A DNA stretch of 64,000 nucleotides from NCBI GenBank assembly GCA_045837725.1, contig JBEWZL010000078.1:1-64000 (forward strand), in the 5' to 3' direction. Below, piece after piece: positions 24,776-38,696 of the stretch. Numbering within the stretch: the first letter of the stretch is position 1; the number at the start of each line of letters is the position of its first letter. Both the position numbers and the translations under genes were made by a program. The stretch comes from Vermamoeba vermiformis. Its lineage: Eukaryota. The notes under the pieces are model-generated. The model had not been told where the DNA came from. It saw nothing but the letters and a program-made list of their open reading frames with translations, and ran no database searches.

Positions 24776-25467
24776 TGATCTAGTGCTTCTTATTGATAAG
24801 ACGATAGACAAATGCCTGACAACGTGTTTCAGGACTTGACGGTCAAATTTATTCAAACGCTAAATATCTGATGCCAGGCATTCTGCATTATTGATTTTAT
24901 TTAATACAACAAAAAAAATGACTATGGTGCCCAGAGAAAGGCCATTTATGACTTCCTGCTCAACCTAGCAAGCTGATCTGATTGATTCCTCGTGGATGTT
25001 AGCGCTTAAATCGCTAAATCAAGCAATTCGTACGTACAAAATATTACTCGAATATTATGTATTATTGTTTAAATTACTACTCGGTTGTATTGTGTCATTG
25101 TTTTGGTCCGTCGCTGCTGGCTTGCGCTGTTGGCCTTGCTCAAGAAACGTGCGTCTGGCCACATTTGTATTCGCTACGAATGTACGTAATATTATTATAT
25201 GCAAGCAGTGGTGATGCTGAGCAAAGGAGTCATGACTTGAGCAGACGCCAAATTAAACTTGAAATGAGCTCGGAAATACTTGATAGTAGCGTCAAGTTAT
25301 TGAAGAATCATTATCAATATCATGTACGTACTGAACTCACGTGACATTTGACGCGTTGGAATATCATTGAACGAAATGTTCGATATTTTTCTGAACGGGA
25401 TTTTGCTGTCGCAAAAAATAGGTTTATCATTGTTTAACCAACTCCAAAAGCATTAGACCACACCTCA

Positions 25468-26460
25468 ATGACTACTAAATCATTAGGTTCGTGATTACAA
25501 TCGGTCTGTTTAAATGTTAATGCTACATCCGACTGATACGTTTCAGCCAAATTAGTTGCTGTAGTGGCAGGAGGCAGTAAAGGCATCGGTCGTGGCATAG
25601 CGCTAGAACTAGGCCAGGCTGGTGCTACAGTCTACGTCACTGGTCGCAGTGTGCTCGGCAAACTCAGTTCAGATCAGACCAAGGGCACGATCGACGAGAC
25701 CGCAGCGGATGTGACGCGACTTGGTGGCCACGGCATTCCAGTGCAATGTGATCACACGCAAGAAGAGCAAGTCGCTAAGTTGTTCGAGCGCGTCAAACAA
25801 GAGCAACAAGGTCGGTTAGATCTGCTTGTCAATGTGGTCTGGGGAGGCTACGAGAACTACAAGCCAGACCTCTTTCAAGCACCGTTCTGGCAGACCCCGG
25901 CCTCGATGTTCGACAGCATGTTTCGCTCGGGTCTGTTCGCGCAGTTCCTCACCAGCAAGCACGCAGCACCGCTCATGACACCTGCGCGCAAAGGACTCAT
26001 CGTGCACGTCTCGTTCGGAGATTATGAAGGCAAAGAAGTGCAGTACTTTGACCCGAATAAGGACGCTGCTGATGACAAGTATCAATCGCCGTATGCAGTG
26101 CCTGGTGGGAAATATGTTGGCATGGCAATGTATGATGTCGCGAAGCTGTCGTTGGATCGATTGGCGATTGCACAAGCGTATGATTTGAAAGAATACGGTG
26201 TCGCTTCATTGTGCTTGCATCCAGGATTCGTGTTCACTGAACGCGTGGCCAAGTTCCATGAAGAAGGTCTGCCAGATCCATCGCAATTTGCCGAATCTCC
26301 CCACTACATAGGCCGAGCAGTAGTAGCTATGGCGTCTGACGAGAATATCATGCAAAAGAGCGGCAAGGCGTTTGCGGTGGGAAACTTGGCCAAGGAATAC
26401 AAGTTCACTGACATTGATGGCAAGTATTGGCCTCCGTTCCGTATGCCCGAGAAACATTAA
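25468..26460 (+). CDS. Short-chain dehydrogenase/reductase, DHRS1-like
   Basis: GGSKGIGRGIA, ATVYVTGR, YDVAK (YxxxK), AESPHYIGRAV. Confidence 0.9.
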
Positions 26461-26690
26461 TTTGGTGTGACATGACCGGAATAAAGATTTAGAAGCAAAG
26501 TTCGCGCTTTTATCCCTACAGCGAGCCGCTTTCTACCAACATAGGTACATGCCACGTGGTTTGCTTTCAGGGCAGGTCCCAGAAACGTGCTGTTTATCTC
26601 TTCTCGCCGAGAGGACCATTCTACGCTGTTTTTCGTACTTTGGGCACACAGTTACCACACATCATTAAGCCCATCATCTCTGTAGACTCG

Positions 26691-27403
26691 TTAATAAATG
26701 CAACATGTAGCTGCACTAGACCTCTTGGTATAATTAGACTTACTTCGGCCACAACACTCCGGACAGCACTCCGCACTACAACCTTCGCAAAAATCGAAGC
26801 CGTATCGCGTCGTTAATCGCTTGCACGCGCATCTCTTTGTATCTTCGTTGCTTCCGTTATCTTGCCATTCAATGACCTCGCCGTATTTGGCATTGCACTC
26901 GGGACAGGAAAACTTACAATCCGATATGTCTTCAAACTCAATTTTTTGCTCTTTGGTGCAGATCGGACAACGAAAATGTTTTTTGGTATAATCCACTAGG
27001 AGAAGTGGCAATTTTCGATCAAAGACGGCCTCTTTGAGTCTAGTAAACGGTTAAATAAATAAAAAAATTACATAATACTTTATCTGTACCTGTGTAAAAT
27101 CCCAACTAGGCCAATTTTGTTCCTTTCTACTTGTAGTAATTTCGTAACAAATTTTGGCCCTTTTTCGCGGCTTTCTTCAGCCAATATTTCTCCGATCAAC
27201 TTATAAAACTCTTTTGACACCCCTGCCAACGACTGAAAGAGAACGATTTCATCGAATATTTGAAGACTGTCATTAGTACTTTTTGTTGTAAACTGAATGA
27301 TACATTTCCATAGCTCTGGCGGAAGAGTTTGACTCGGATCTGTCAACGCATCAATATAAATTATGATTATTTTCGCTAATTTTGACTTACTGCTGTGCTC
27401 CAT
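26691..27403 (-). CDS. F-box-like protein with zinc ribbon and Cys-rich tail
   Basis: TLPPELWKCIIQF..LAGVSKEF; CPIC..CPEC; CEGCSAECCPECC; one intron. Confidence 0.55.
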
Positions 27404-27529
27404 CTTGGCAGCCGTCTGTTATACCCTGTGAGTGTTAAGTACTAGTACGAAGCCTCCCGCACAACTATTTATTCCGTTTAAGTCACGCAACTACTTCGCC
27501 ACGTGTTGGACTTTTGATGATTAACCAAC

Positions 27530-28675
27530 ATGAATTCATCACATAAACATGCTGTAGAATATTTATACGATGTTTCGTATTCAAGTTTAATTCATTCAGA
27601 ACGATTGAAGTTAGATCTGTTCCAGCCTGCACACGAAACAGGAAATTTACCGTTAATTGTTTATATTCACGGAGGTGGTTGGGTCGACAGAGACAAGAGT
27701 TGTAAGTAGTATTTGATTTTTTTCAGATTTTTTGGCCGGATTATGATTTTTGTTATTGACTCTGCGTTACAATCGAGAAAGTTAGTGGCGAATTAAATGA
27801 TAATGTTAAAATATTAAATATTTCTAATAAGTTTATAGCACATAGATTCATAGGAGAGAATTTTGCCGCTACTGGGCAATGCTGTGTGGCTGTTATAAAT
27901 TACAGATTGACTCAAACACCAAAACCTAAGTTTAGATATCCAGACCAACTATATGGTATGATACCTTGACTATTGAATTAGGAAATGACGAAATATTGCA
28001 GATGTAATAAGAGCCATCGAATTTTTGACAAGCTGTGGAGCCACAGTGGCGAACAACAATGCTCAATTAGTGCGAAGATTCGATACAAGCAATATAGTGC
28101 TCATGGGTCACTCGGCAGGCGCTCATATGTCTATCGGAGCGGTCATTATAAACCTGAGACACATCCGCAATCATGTGCGAGCAGTGATTGGTCTGCAAGG
28201 CTTGTATGACATGATTACATATTACAAAGACTTCCCTAGCTTTGTTGAAATGTTCGAGCCTGTATTTGGCAAGGATAGAGTGCTCCAATTTGCAAGCTCG
28301 AAACAAATATCAATAATGCTTGATGGCTCACCAACACGATTAATTCTCGACCAAAACGCATTAGAAGATGCTATTAGTATCCACGAAAACCAATATGACG
28401 TACTATATCCTCTACAGTATAACGAGACAGCCACCACGGGTGAATCCGACAAGCCAGTACAAAAGATTCGATTTTTAATCGTACACTCGCCACAAGATAC
28501 GTGGGTGAACCCAAAACAAAGCGAAGAGTTGTGCGATGCATTGAAGCTTATGTATCCAGGTGTACACGTCGAATACGATCACAAGCCTTACGGAGATCAC
28601 TGGGATGTGGTCCAAAGCTTGAACAAACAGGAAATTGTTGATATGTACGTGCAATTCATTACCCACAAGGAGTAG
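27530..28675 (+). CDS. Alpha/beta hydrolase (HSL / kynurenine formamidase-like)
   Basis: YIHGGGW oxyanion motif, INYRL, MGHSAGAH nucleophile, D and H triad candidates. Confidence 0.9.
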
Positions 28676-28946
28676 AATTGGATTCTAATTATGCTTTTTT
28701 GGGCAACGTACAAAATAAATTTTATCGTATCTAAAAACAACATCTCGTCCAAATCAGGAAAAATCACGTGGATGAAGCCAAACGCACGAGATTAATTCCC
28801 GCCTGCACCTTTTCACGAGTTGGACATTCATAATAACCACATATAGCTCATTTTGATGATTCAAAATTAATTGAAATTGTCAGTTCGAATTTTGTTGACG
28901 ATTGACAACGGCTACATCCGAAACGGCTACTGCTCAATTAATTAAT

Positions 28947-31329
28947 ATGGACGAACCAGGTGATAGTGCGTCTAAATTCCATCAGGTACATGTTAGACGA
29001 GCAATACAGCGAATATAATTATCGGCGGTGACGATTGAATACAAATCTGTACACAAAATATTAATTTTGAATTTTAGATCCTAATTTCATCAGCGATGCC
29101 CATTGTCGCTTCACTGTCACGAGCACTAAAAACAACAGAAGAAATTCCAACGTTATCTAAGGCTCTTGTGGTTTATTTAGAGGACAACCAGAAGATCTTG
29201 CCGGTTTTGCGGTGGTGTATTCGAAATGACATTAAAGGAGCAGGTAAATAATTACTCTGATATAATATTGCAAGTAGATAATTTTAAATTTAATTTGCAA
29301 TAATTAACGTTCGATCAACCACCAGATGCCTGGCAAGAAGTATTCAGAGGAAAATCACTCTCAGTTCAAATTCTATCGGATTATTTTATACACTCTGGTC
29401 GACTATATGTCAAGAATGTTCTCCTCAACAAACTGAAAAAGCAGACAAAGAACCTAGAGGTAAATTTACGATCGGATCGCGAGCATCCCAAAACTAAAGA
29501 TTGGATTAGATTGACTCACGGTTCGAGAAAGACCCTCAAGTAATTGCAGAAAATGTAGAAAAATTAACGAAACTGGCGCGAGAGACCTTGGATGGAATTA
29601 TCGAATCCGCTGGACAATTCCCTGTGTAAGTGAACCCGACTCTTATTCACGAATTATATGTTGACTGTCGTGTAGAAATTTAAGTAGAGTATTGAAGTAC
29701 ATGGTCAAGCAAGTCAACAAGAAGTTCCCTGACAAAGGGATGGTCGTTGCAGGCATGATCTTGTTTTCAAAGCTTTACATTCCCCCAATTTTGACTCCTC
29801 AGCTCTTGGACAGCCCTAAAGGTACCTAATTTCACCTTTCGATTGCTGGATGAGGCAAAGGCTAACAAATCTGTAGAAAACACGTCGGATGTGAGCAGAA
29901 CGGCAATTTTGTTATCAAAATTAATGCAAAGTGTTGCTGCTGGAACACCGCTAGACAGTTCAAATATCTTATTTAAATTCAACGACTTCATTGTCTATTA
30001 TGCCGAAAAGCTGAGGCAATTTACTTATGGCTTAGCGGTAAGGATTATTTTTAACTGTTAAATATTTCCTTATTTAGTAATTATGGTTGGAGTCACGCAA
30101 CCGTTGCCGCTAAGAGATTAAATTAATTCGTTCGTTATTTTTAGAGCGTTTCGGACACTCCGACGATCTCCGAGATGTCGGTTAAGATCGAGCCAGATGT
30201 TGCAAAGAAATCATTCCAAACAATTCACAATTTTATCCACCAATATAGACACACCATGCTAGAGTACCGCGTTACAAAGAAGAACGCCTCGGAAATTAAA
30301 ATCTTCCAAGATCTGGTTGCCATTTCAGAGCAGATGCTGTCCGACTTGGTTGACGGCAAGCCACTCTTCGATGAACTACCGTATGTACAGGACTCCAGCC
30401 CCCTATCGAGGTCAAGGTCGCCTACTGTTACCGAGTAAGTCTAATGATTCAGTTATGACTATAATGGCAGCCACTGACGACATCCGCTTGTACAGACGAG
30501 GTCGAAAAGACGGACCTTCTAGTCAGCCGTTGAGTCCTCGAAGTCCTGAAAAGAAAATTAAACAGCCAACAAGTCCTCGGTTTGCAGCCCTTGAAGACAG
30601 TAGTAGCGGCAACGGTAAGCCTTTAAAATGATATTCGAAAGTGGTTCGAACTAAGCAATGTTTTGCCTCACAGAAAAAGAAATATCTCAAGCACGCGCGA
30701 TTAAAGCAAAATTAGACGACGAGAATACACGATTGAGAAAAGAGATTAAAATCATGCAACAAAAGATTGAAGAAAAAGAGAAATTACTGCGGCAGTTCAA
30801 GCTTAAATTAGCGAAGAGTTTGGCGTACAGACAACGCAAAACACGACACGTGCGACAAGTGCAGAAGAAATTAGTCAACGAGAGGTTTAATATACGAAAC
30901 ATTGACGACTTGGACAAGCCGCTGGGTATTCCTTTTGATCCGAGGAATAGATCTTCCACGCTGGAAACACCGCGAGCTAGCAGTGACGCAGGATATGATG
31001 CATCAACATCGCCCCTGAGCTCACCGAGAAATAATGCTAGTATGAAGGACGAATACAGCTTTGACGCGTCTACTTGGAGCGTGGAAGAAGAGTCCTCGAG
31101 ATCAGATTCGCAACGAAGTCGACCTTCGGAGAGCTCCGAGTCATTGCCCTCTTCAAGGAAAGATATCTCGCCACAACGAACTTCTGATAGAAAGGGATCA
31201 AGCACTAAGACGGCCTCGCCAAGCTCCAAGTTGTTAGATCGAGTACGAACTACACCTGCCCCGGCGGCTGGAAGCACCCCAAAGACTCCCGGTAGCGAAC
31301 GTAAGTCAACTACTACTGTCGAAAAGTAG
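28947..31329 (+). CDS. RasGAP-domain protein with coiled coil and Ser-rich tail
   Basis: VFRGKSLS, LEIDSR, FQSFTFPQILTPQ (divergent from FLR..P), LLSKLMQSVA. Confidence 0.75.
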
Positions 31330-31457
31330 AACTCAACGTTCGACGAATGAATTTTGACCTAAGATCTGGAAAATCGCTGGATCTGCCCATGTAATATGTA
31401 AAGTGTTTAACTCAATATGGCCTTGTATAAAATAAAACCGATTTATTGCGATATCAA

Positions 31458-31973
31458 CTGGGTATCACTGCCCCCGGCGACAGCCGGGGTCTCCAGATAG
31501 ATTGTTGCCACTGGTACTATTTTTGTGCAGTACCAATCATGTGTATTAGTGTGCTTAGATTCAACAGAGCTGTGTTTAAGGTGGTGCGGGTGGAGGGGCA
31601 TATAAGGGTGATTCGTTGGTGAATTGCGTTGTTTGATGTGGTTTTTTGAGCTCAGAGTTTTGTGAAGTGATAGTTCGCAGTTATTTGTGTAAGGCGATTT
31701 TTTGAGTTTGAGTATCAGAGGTGTTTGTAAGTAGTCTTGCGTTTGTAAAGTGGCGTGTGTGTGAGGGTTGGCCATTATTTCGGTGTGTTGGTGGGGGTAG
31801 TGTTGAGGGATTAGCTGAGCTGAGGGTGTCGTGGGTGTTAGTGTAGAGTAACGGGTAGGGAGAAGGGTGTAGCGGAGAGGAGGGAGGGAGGAGGGGGGGG
31901 GGTGGGGGACGCAGAAGACGGGAAGGGGAACCGACGGAGTCGCCTCCCCGTGCGATCTTTAACATAAGCCAGA
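31458..31973 (-). mobile_element. Candidate non-autonomous Helitron (516 bp)
   Basis: A|TC start; subterminal hairpin CCCCGGC-4nt-GCCGGGG (31472-31489); end CCAG|T; no TSD; composition differs from flanks. Confidence 0.5.
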
Positions 31974-32012
31974 TCCAAAAATGGCGCCATTTTCATTTTA
32001 ATCAATTTGAAA

Positions 32013-34855
32013 ATGACCACGCAACAAGTGACTGCGTTGGTCGAGAAACTTGTAGACCAGTTTATTCCTCAGCAAGATGCAAAGAGGCCACATCTCTTGC
32101 AGTATTTAATACGCATTCTCAGCTCGCGGTTGCAATCCGCTAAAAGTTTGGATGATTTTTCGACGATAGAAATTTTGAAAAAAAAGGGTATGCCATTATA
32201 TCATTATTTTGAATATTGTCTATCATAATTTATTGATTTCAAATGATTTAAACAATTAACAAAATTATTTCAGTTGCGTCAAATAAAGATCGCGAAGTCG
32301 GTCAAGTAACTCGGCTAGAAAATCTGTGCCGCAAATTAGTAGCTAAGAAACCATCGAATGTTGCAGTATTGCACGTGTTATCTCAACTCTCGCGTGGACA
32401 ATCAAAAGATTTTATTCCGTTTCATGCAGTACCTTTGGAAGCACCTCGATCTGCTCAGTCAGCCAAACCAGTCGAAGAAACATCGCAGCAGACTAATGAA
32501 ATAACATCGAGGAGTGTCTCAAGTGCGTTACAATCGAATATAAGCCCTTAGCTTAGTTCTAATAGAATTTTTAAGGCAACGTGGATCTGATGGAAAAGCA
32601 ATTGCTTCGAGACCTGTTATACGTATTTCAAGGAATCGATGGTCACTTCATCAAGTTCGACACAGCTTCATCTCAATTCACACTGAATGCCAAGGTAACT
32701 CAATGTACCAACGTAAACCAGACGTGTCTGACACGCACTCTAACAATAGGCACCAGTCAACAGAAGTCAACGCGTGTTAATTCAGCGGCTCTGTGAGTTA
32801 GGCTGGCTCATCAAAAAGCTTCAAACTTATGTAAATACACCCGGCAAAGGCGGTCTTATTGAACAGGTGAGTTGATCCATCTTCTTTTCTTAGTCGTCCT
32901 CTCGGCTCACAAAGGCTTCGTAGAATTTTAAAGAAGGAGTTTCAACAGAACTTCGACAATATTACAGGCTACTAGCTGTGCTCGAGACGCAATTGACTAC
33001 ATCAGAAAGCTCGTTGACACTTCGTAGACTGATGGTGTGGTGCCACGAGCCCTTGCATCGCATGACTTGGCTCACAGCTCTCGTTGATCTCGTTGACTCG
33101 CGACCACGTGCTGTATTGACCGTGTTGTCGCAGTACTCGCACCACGGCTCCGCCAATCAAACAGCCCTCACGCAAGCACTGCACAGCAAAGCAGTCACGC
33201 CGTTGATTCAAATGATTTGGCATTGGATCAGCTACGGTCAATTGAAAGACCCGCACGACGAGTTCTTTATTTCTGACACACGAACTGGTTCAAAAGAGCG
33301 GGCTAACCTGTCATTGGCTGGCATGTGGACCGATTACTTCCGCTTGAAATCTGAAATGGTGCCACCGTTCATTCACACTCGACTAGCCGAACAGATCTTA
33401 TTGATTGGCAAGTCAATCAATTTGATGCGCCAGTGCTCGAAGGACACAAAGTGGCTCAAAGAAGTGACCGACATGATTGAAAAAGAATTGACCAGTGCCT
33501 CCCAAGACAAAGATCACGAGGCACCAATTCTCGCTGATCAAGATTTGATCAACAATGCTGCACCACAACAATCTAAAAATAACATCAGCGAGGTCGGTGC
33601 TGACCTGGAGAATGTCATCAAGCGTGTCAATCGCATTTCAAATCGTCACGTGATGGAGCTATTGAACTCCAATCAGATATTAGAGCACTGCAGACACGTC
33701 AAGAAATACGTGTTATTGCAGCAAGGTGACTTTGCACGTGTGTTAGTCGAGTTGCTTGAGTAAGTACTATGCTCGCATTGTTGAAAATTGACGTACTAAC
33801 CACGTGCCACTTGCAGCAAGGACCTCACACAGCCAGCACGTCAAGTGTACCGTCACAACTTGCTCGCTATTCTCGAATCAGCTGTGCGCGCCACAACCGT
33901 TCAAAATGATCACGCGCTGTTCCGTGACCGTGTCGATGTGTTGATTGGTCAAGCGACAGCACCCGAGCACACTGGCTGGGACATCGTGTCGCTCAAGTAC
34001 AACGTGCTGCCGAACGAACTGCTCAATGTCGTGTTGACACCTCAAGCCATGACACAGTACGAACAACTCTCTCGCGGTATTTTGCAGCTGCACCGTGCTA
34101 TTTTCCATGTGACCAATTTGGACAACACTGTCGCTGCCCTCACTAGACGCAAGGACAAGTTAAAATTGATTCCCGAAGTCGCGACGTTGTTGCACCGATG
34201 CGATCTGTTGCATCGCGAAATTCATCAATGGCTGCACCACGTCCACTATCACGTGATGATTGAAGTATTCGAGACAGCTTGGCACTCGTTCAAAAATCAC
34301 GTGACTGACTGCCACGACATTGACCAATGGCGATCAGCACACACGAGCTATTTGAACGAAATCATTGCCGGTGCGTTGTGCTGTCACGTGAACACGCTTC
34401 AAACGAGCAGTCAAGACAAGTCACTGCAACAAAACACGAACACATTGATCACCACTGCCATTCAATGGACACGACTCTTGGGCCCGTTGCATTTGCGAGC
34501 CCTCGAGACACTCAATCGACGCAGTCATGCACGTCAAATGCGTCGCTTACAAGGCCTCGCAACAACGCCACGAGGAAGCACATCTGATGGTGGCTCGAAT
34601 GACATTGATTCAGCACTGGACGTGCAGTTCAACGAAGAGATTGCAGACTTCACGCGTCAAGTGATTGACACCGAGACCACGTGGCGCGATCACATGATCA
34701 AGTTCATCAATCAGCTGTCGCATCAACAGAGCACGCGACCTCTGCAGCTGCGCGTTGATTTCAATGGTTGGTATCAACAGCGTGGTGCTGCCAGTGCTTC
34801 GTCACCGTTCCGTGTCAGCATCCCAGCAAGCATCTTGAATAAGAATACCAACTAA
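32013..34855 (+). CDS. TUBGCP3: Gamma-tubulin complex component, GCP3-like
   Basis: LLRDLLYVFQGIDG, LCELGWL, LTLRRLMVW, DPHDEFFI, ILLIGKSIN, KKYVLLQQGDF, LRVDFNGWY. Confidence 0.85.
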
Positions 34856-34933
34856 TCGAACGTAGAATAAATTTCCTGTTTAGCTACTCGGTTGAGGAAT
34901 AATTACAATACTTTACAATTTTATGTACATTAG

Positions 34934-37900
34934 TTAAGGGTACTCAATCGAGCTCCGATTAGGTTTCTTTTGAGGTCGGTCACTGTCGTCTGGCTGCTCC
35001 TGCTTTCGCTTTTTGTTTGGTGAACTTGTTGGAGACACTGACTTGACAGGCAACAAGCGAAGCATCAAGACCAATAAGGGCGACAGCCAGTCATCTCCAT
35101 TTGATAGTATGACTTTGCCTGTGCCCCCAATGTCCTTCATCTCTTGAACAACGGCATCATCATTTGGATTGAAGTTGGGTGAAATCAACATAAATATAGC
35201 GTCAATTTCTGGTAGCTTGTACTTTCTCACTTCATTGGCTAATGAAGTTGGCTTAAGCTGACAGAGTTTGTTAGCCCCTGAACGTAAATCAGTTAAGTAC
35301 TTACTCCGCTGTAACTTTGAATGCAAAGCAGCTTGTCAAAACAGTATTCTTCAGTGGTAGGATCAGGCTTTGTGAACAAGGGCACCATTACATCAGGACC
35401 AGCTGCCTTATTCCTGTTGATAATTACAGCATGCAGATGTGCTAGGTGCTTGATTTGTTCACCCAAACACTGTGTTCCCACTTCATTGGCCAGTTTGATG
35501 ACACCTAACAGTGACACCTAGCACAAGGATTAATTGATACCTAGATCATTAGTTGTTGTGCTTACATAGTGGTCCTTGTAAGGATAGCTGGGCACAAGTT
35601 CAGACAGACTGATGTAGGTGCCAGGTTGTGACTTGAGTCTGTAGCGAGCCCACAAACTCATTGCAATTGCAAGTTCTAATGTGTCACCTTTGTCAGGCAT
35701 GTTGTCCTGAATGTTTGCACTGCCAATAATCATCGATATAGTTGGCTCTAGAGGTGAATACTTCAAGCTTGATTCACCCATGAGTTCAATACTGGGAGCC
35801 AATATTCCCAGCTGAAATTCCTACCAGCATGTTAGATGGACACAACACCAATGTGATATAATTGCTTACCTCAGTTTCACTGTAAAAATAGAAGGGCATT
35901 GTGTACTGGCGAGGAGCAGGATCATAATCTTTGGCTGATGTTTGCACAGACATAAACTTGAAGGGACACAACACACCATCAGCCTCAAGCATGGCGTAGG
36001 TTGCTGGTGGCACAGTGGGGTCCAACCATTCATCTGCAGTGCTGAAACAGATGAGTCATTACTGGCTGACTACAACACAACTTACCATATAGGTGCCATT
36101 GGCTCCTTTGCAATGCACAAGCTAGCTTCAAGACAGATTCTTTCCCAAGCGTGTTGCTTGACATTGTGCAATGCACCTTGCATCAATGTGTTGCCAAAGG
36201 CAGAGAAGTATCGTTGTACATCAGTGCAGAGGGTGCTCATTATAGAATAGCCTTGTGCTTGTGTCATTGTGGTTTGTGTTAACTCTTTTTTGTGCTTTGA
36301 AATTGCTGCAAACAGAAATTCAATTGCTCGTGGAATTCCTAAAGTCTTGAGCCACATAGTATAAACAACTGATTGCACTGTTGTGTTCAACTGATGCAAA
36401 CTGTGCTGTAGTGTCATTGAACAAAGTTGTGCCAAATAATGCTCATCATGCAGTGGATCCAATGGCAAATTGAAGTCAAGAAGGAAAACTGTAGTGTCTT
36501 TCAACACCTTCAATGGGCCAGTCCTCAAGCCAACCTTGATCATCAGGCATTAGGGTATAACTTCATTAACGAAGTACAACAGTGTGCCCTTACCATCATC
36601 ACAAAAGTAGGCTTGTTCTTGTCAGTCAGGCTGATCAGCTCCTTCAGCAACATGTGTGTCATGTTTCTCCCAGGGCTTACTTCAATGCATGTCAAGTCCT
36701 AGTCTTGATTAGCACTGCTGCAAACAAAACCAGATAAGGCCTTACCTGAATTTCATCAACATTGACCAAAGTTATCGGTTTGCCAGTCAATTCAACGTCC
36801 TTGAACACAGGCGTGTAGTGCACAGAGTCCACCGCTAGTTGGTACACTGCGTACAACGACTCCAAATCACTCTGTTTGTGCGTTGGAAGGACTCGCATCC
36901 ACTCTGAAGGCGGTGTCGTGTTCACATCAATAACTAGTTCGCCATCGTTGGCTTCGAGTGTCGTAAACCTCCGCTGAATTTCATTGATCAACACGTGCTT
37001 GCATATCTCTGCAGCTGTTTTAGTGCTCCTGTAACCAGAGGCCACAAAAGATATGATGCGCTGTTGTTTCAGACACTTGTGCAGCTGTGCCAAGAACTGT
37101 AGTCGTCGTTCAAACTCTGGCACCTGATCCTCGCTGAGTGCGAAACACTTTTGTCGTGCTTGTCGAGTTCGATCGACCACGTCAGAGAGCTTGAAGCCAG
37201 GCCTTGCCTCCGTCACTGCAGTGCTGTGTGGATCGAACAGAAATGTGCTGACGATTGCTGGATCGTGGAAGACTCTAATGGCCCATTCAACCATCAAACG
37301 CGTCTTGCCGTACCCAGGTGAAGTTGCGAGATACACCGCCATTGGTTTGCTTCGCTTTGCCTCGTAGTTGTTGTAAGAGTGCATCAACAACTTGAACACG
37401 GCTTGTTGTCGATGGAAGAATGGCGCACTATTGTTTGACTCGCGCCATCCTCCGAGAGTGATGCTACCGTGGGGCACATCAAATATGAACCTGTTGTCCT
37501 CATGCGTAACGTAAAGTGTGTCGAACAAGAGCTGCTGTCCCAACTGTATTATTTCTCGCAACGCATCCGGTTCATTGATTCGCCGAAGCTGCACCTTCCA
37601 CTCCTCCATTGTTAGTCGCTTAAAAACTTTGTGTGCTTGGGATCCTAAAAAAATAGCGATTAGTAAGATGTTACTCGCAAATATATGTGCATACTTACGT
37701 TTAATTCGCGCAACATCTTTCCAAAATTGCTTCGCGAATATTCTCTCTTCAGCCCGAATCTCGTAAAAACTCTCAAATTCTTCGTAAGAGTTGCAATCCA
37801 GCACGTGCCTCCCGATCATGCCACGTGCCGCTATTATTTCAGTGCCTTTGGTGTATCCGCAGCGGCCAAGCCAATCTATAATTTGAGTGGCACTCCATTT

Positions 37901-37981
37901 TGCGAATTCAGCGGCTAAAAATAAGTTTAGCACCTTATTCGACGCGGCAGATTGATTCTTACATTCCGGTACGCTTGCCAT
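34934..37981 (-). CDS. Crinkler-like effector: SAM-like header, P-loop NTPase, REase-like domain
   Basis: KWSATQIIDWL; Walker A TSPGYGKT; Walker B LVNVDEIQ; INRNKAAGPDV..LCIQ; several in-frame introns; basic C-terminus. Confidence 0.65.
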
Positions 37982-38696
37982 GAAGTGATTAAAAGACCTT
38001 CTTTAAGCTTGAGCTGATTACAATAAATTAGCTCTGAGTGTAATTTGGGTTTCTCATAATTAATTAAGAAAAATTAACTATAAATGCAAACGAGTACCTT
38101 ACTCGTAAAATTATACTGCAATGAACGAATAGCGACCTTCATTTGAACAGGGACGCAATGTAAATTTCGAAATTTGCACCAATAATAATGCTTGCCTGTG
38201 GCAAAGCTGTAGTGGCGCCCGAATGGCTTGCAATTGTTACCAAAATTAACCGAAGGCTTTCTTGCTTGACTCGTCAATATTTGCCTAGTGCTGACGTGCT
38301 GTACTCGTCTACAGTAGGCGTAAAAATAATTAACCAGTGCACAATTTGCGTGTCTCACCTGCTACGACACCAAGCCCTTCATGTACACTTCAGACCAGAC
38401 TGTTACAGTATTTTGGGACCGCGTGTGTACACGACAGATCTCGTTCTTGGTTTTTTCGTTGCACAAGCCGTCAAACATGTGGTAGTTTCGCGAAGACTAT
38501 TATCAACCTATTACAGCAGCAGTTTCACTACATAGAGTTCAATAGCAGAACAGAATTACATGGACGATCAGCAAATTTTGTAAGTCAACGAATAATTTAT
38601 TGGTTTTAAAAACGACAGAAGTTAATTGTTTTTTACAAGTCTGCTATAACAACACACGTAGGCAAAACACTTACGATAGGCCGTTATTTCTATGAC

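Noticed and set aside
31978-31993. 16-bp palindrome AAAATGGCGCCATTTT before GCP3
   Set aside because: Could be a factor-binding site, but it is a single occurrence with nothing else to support it
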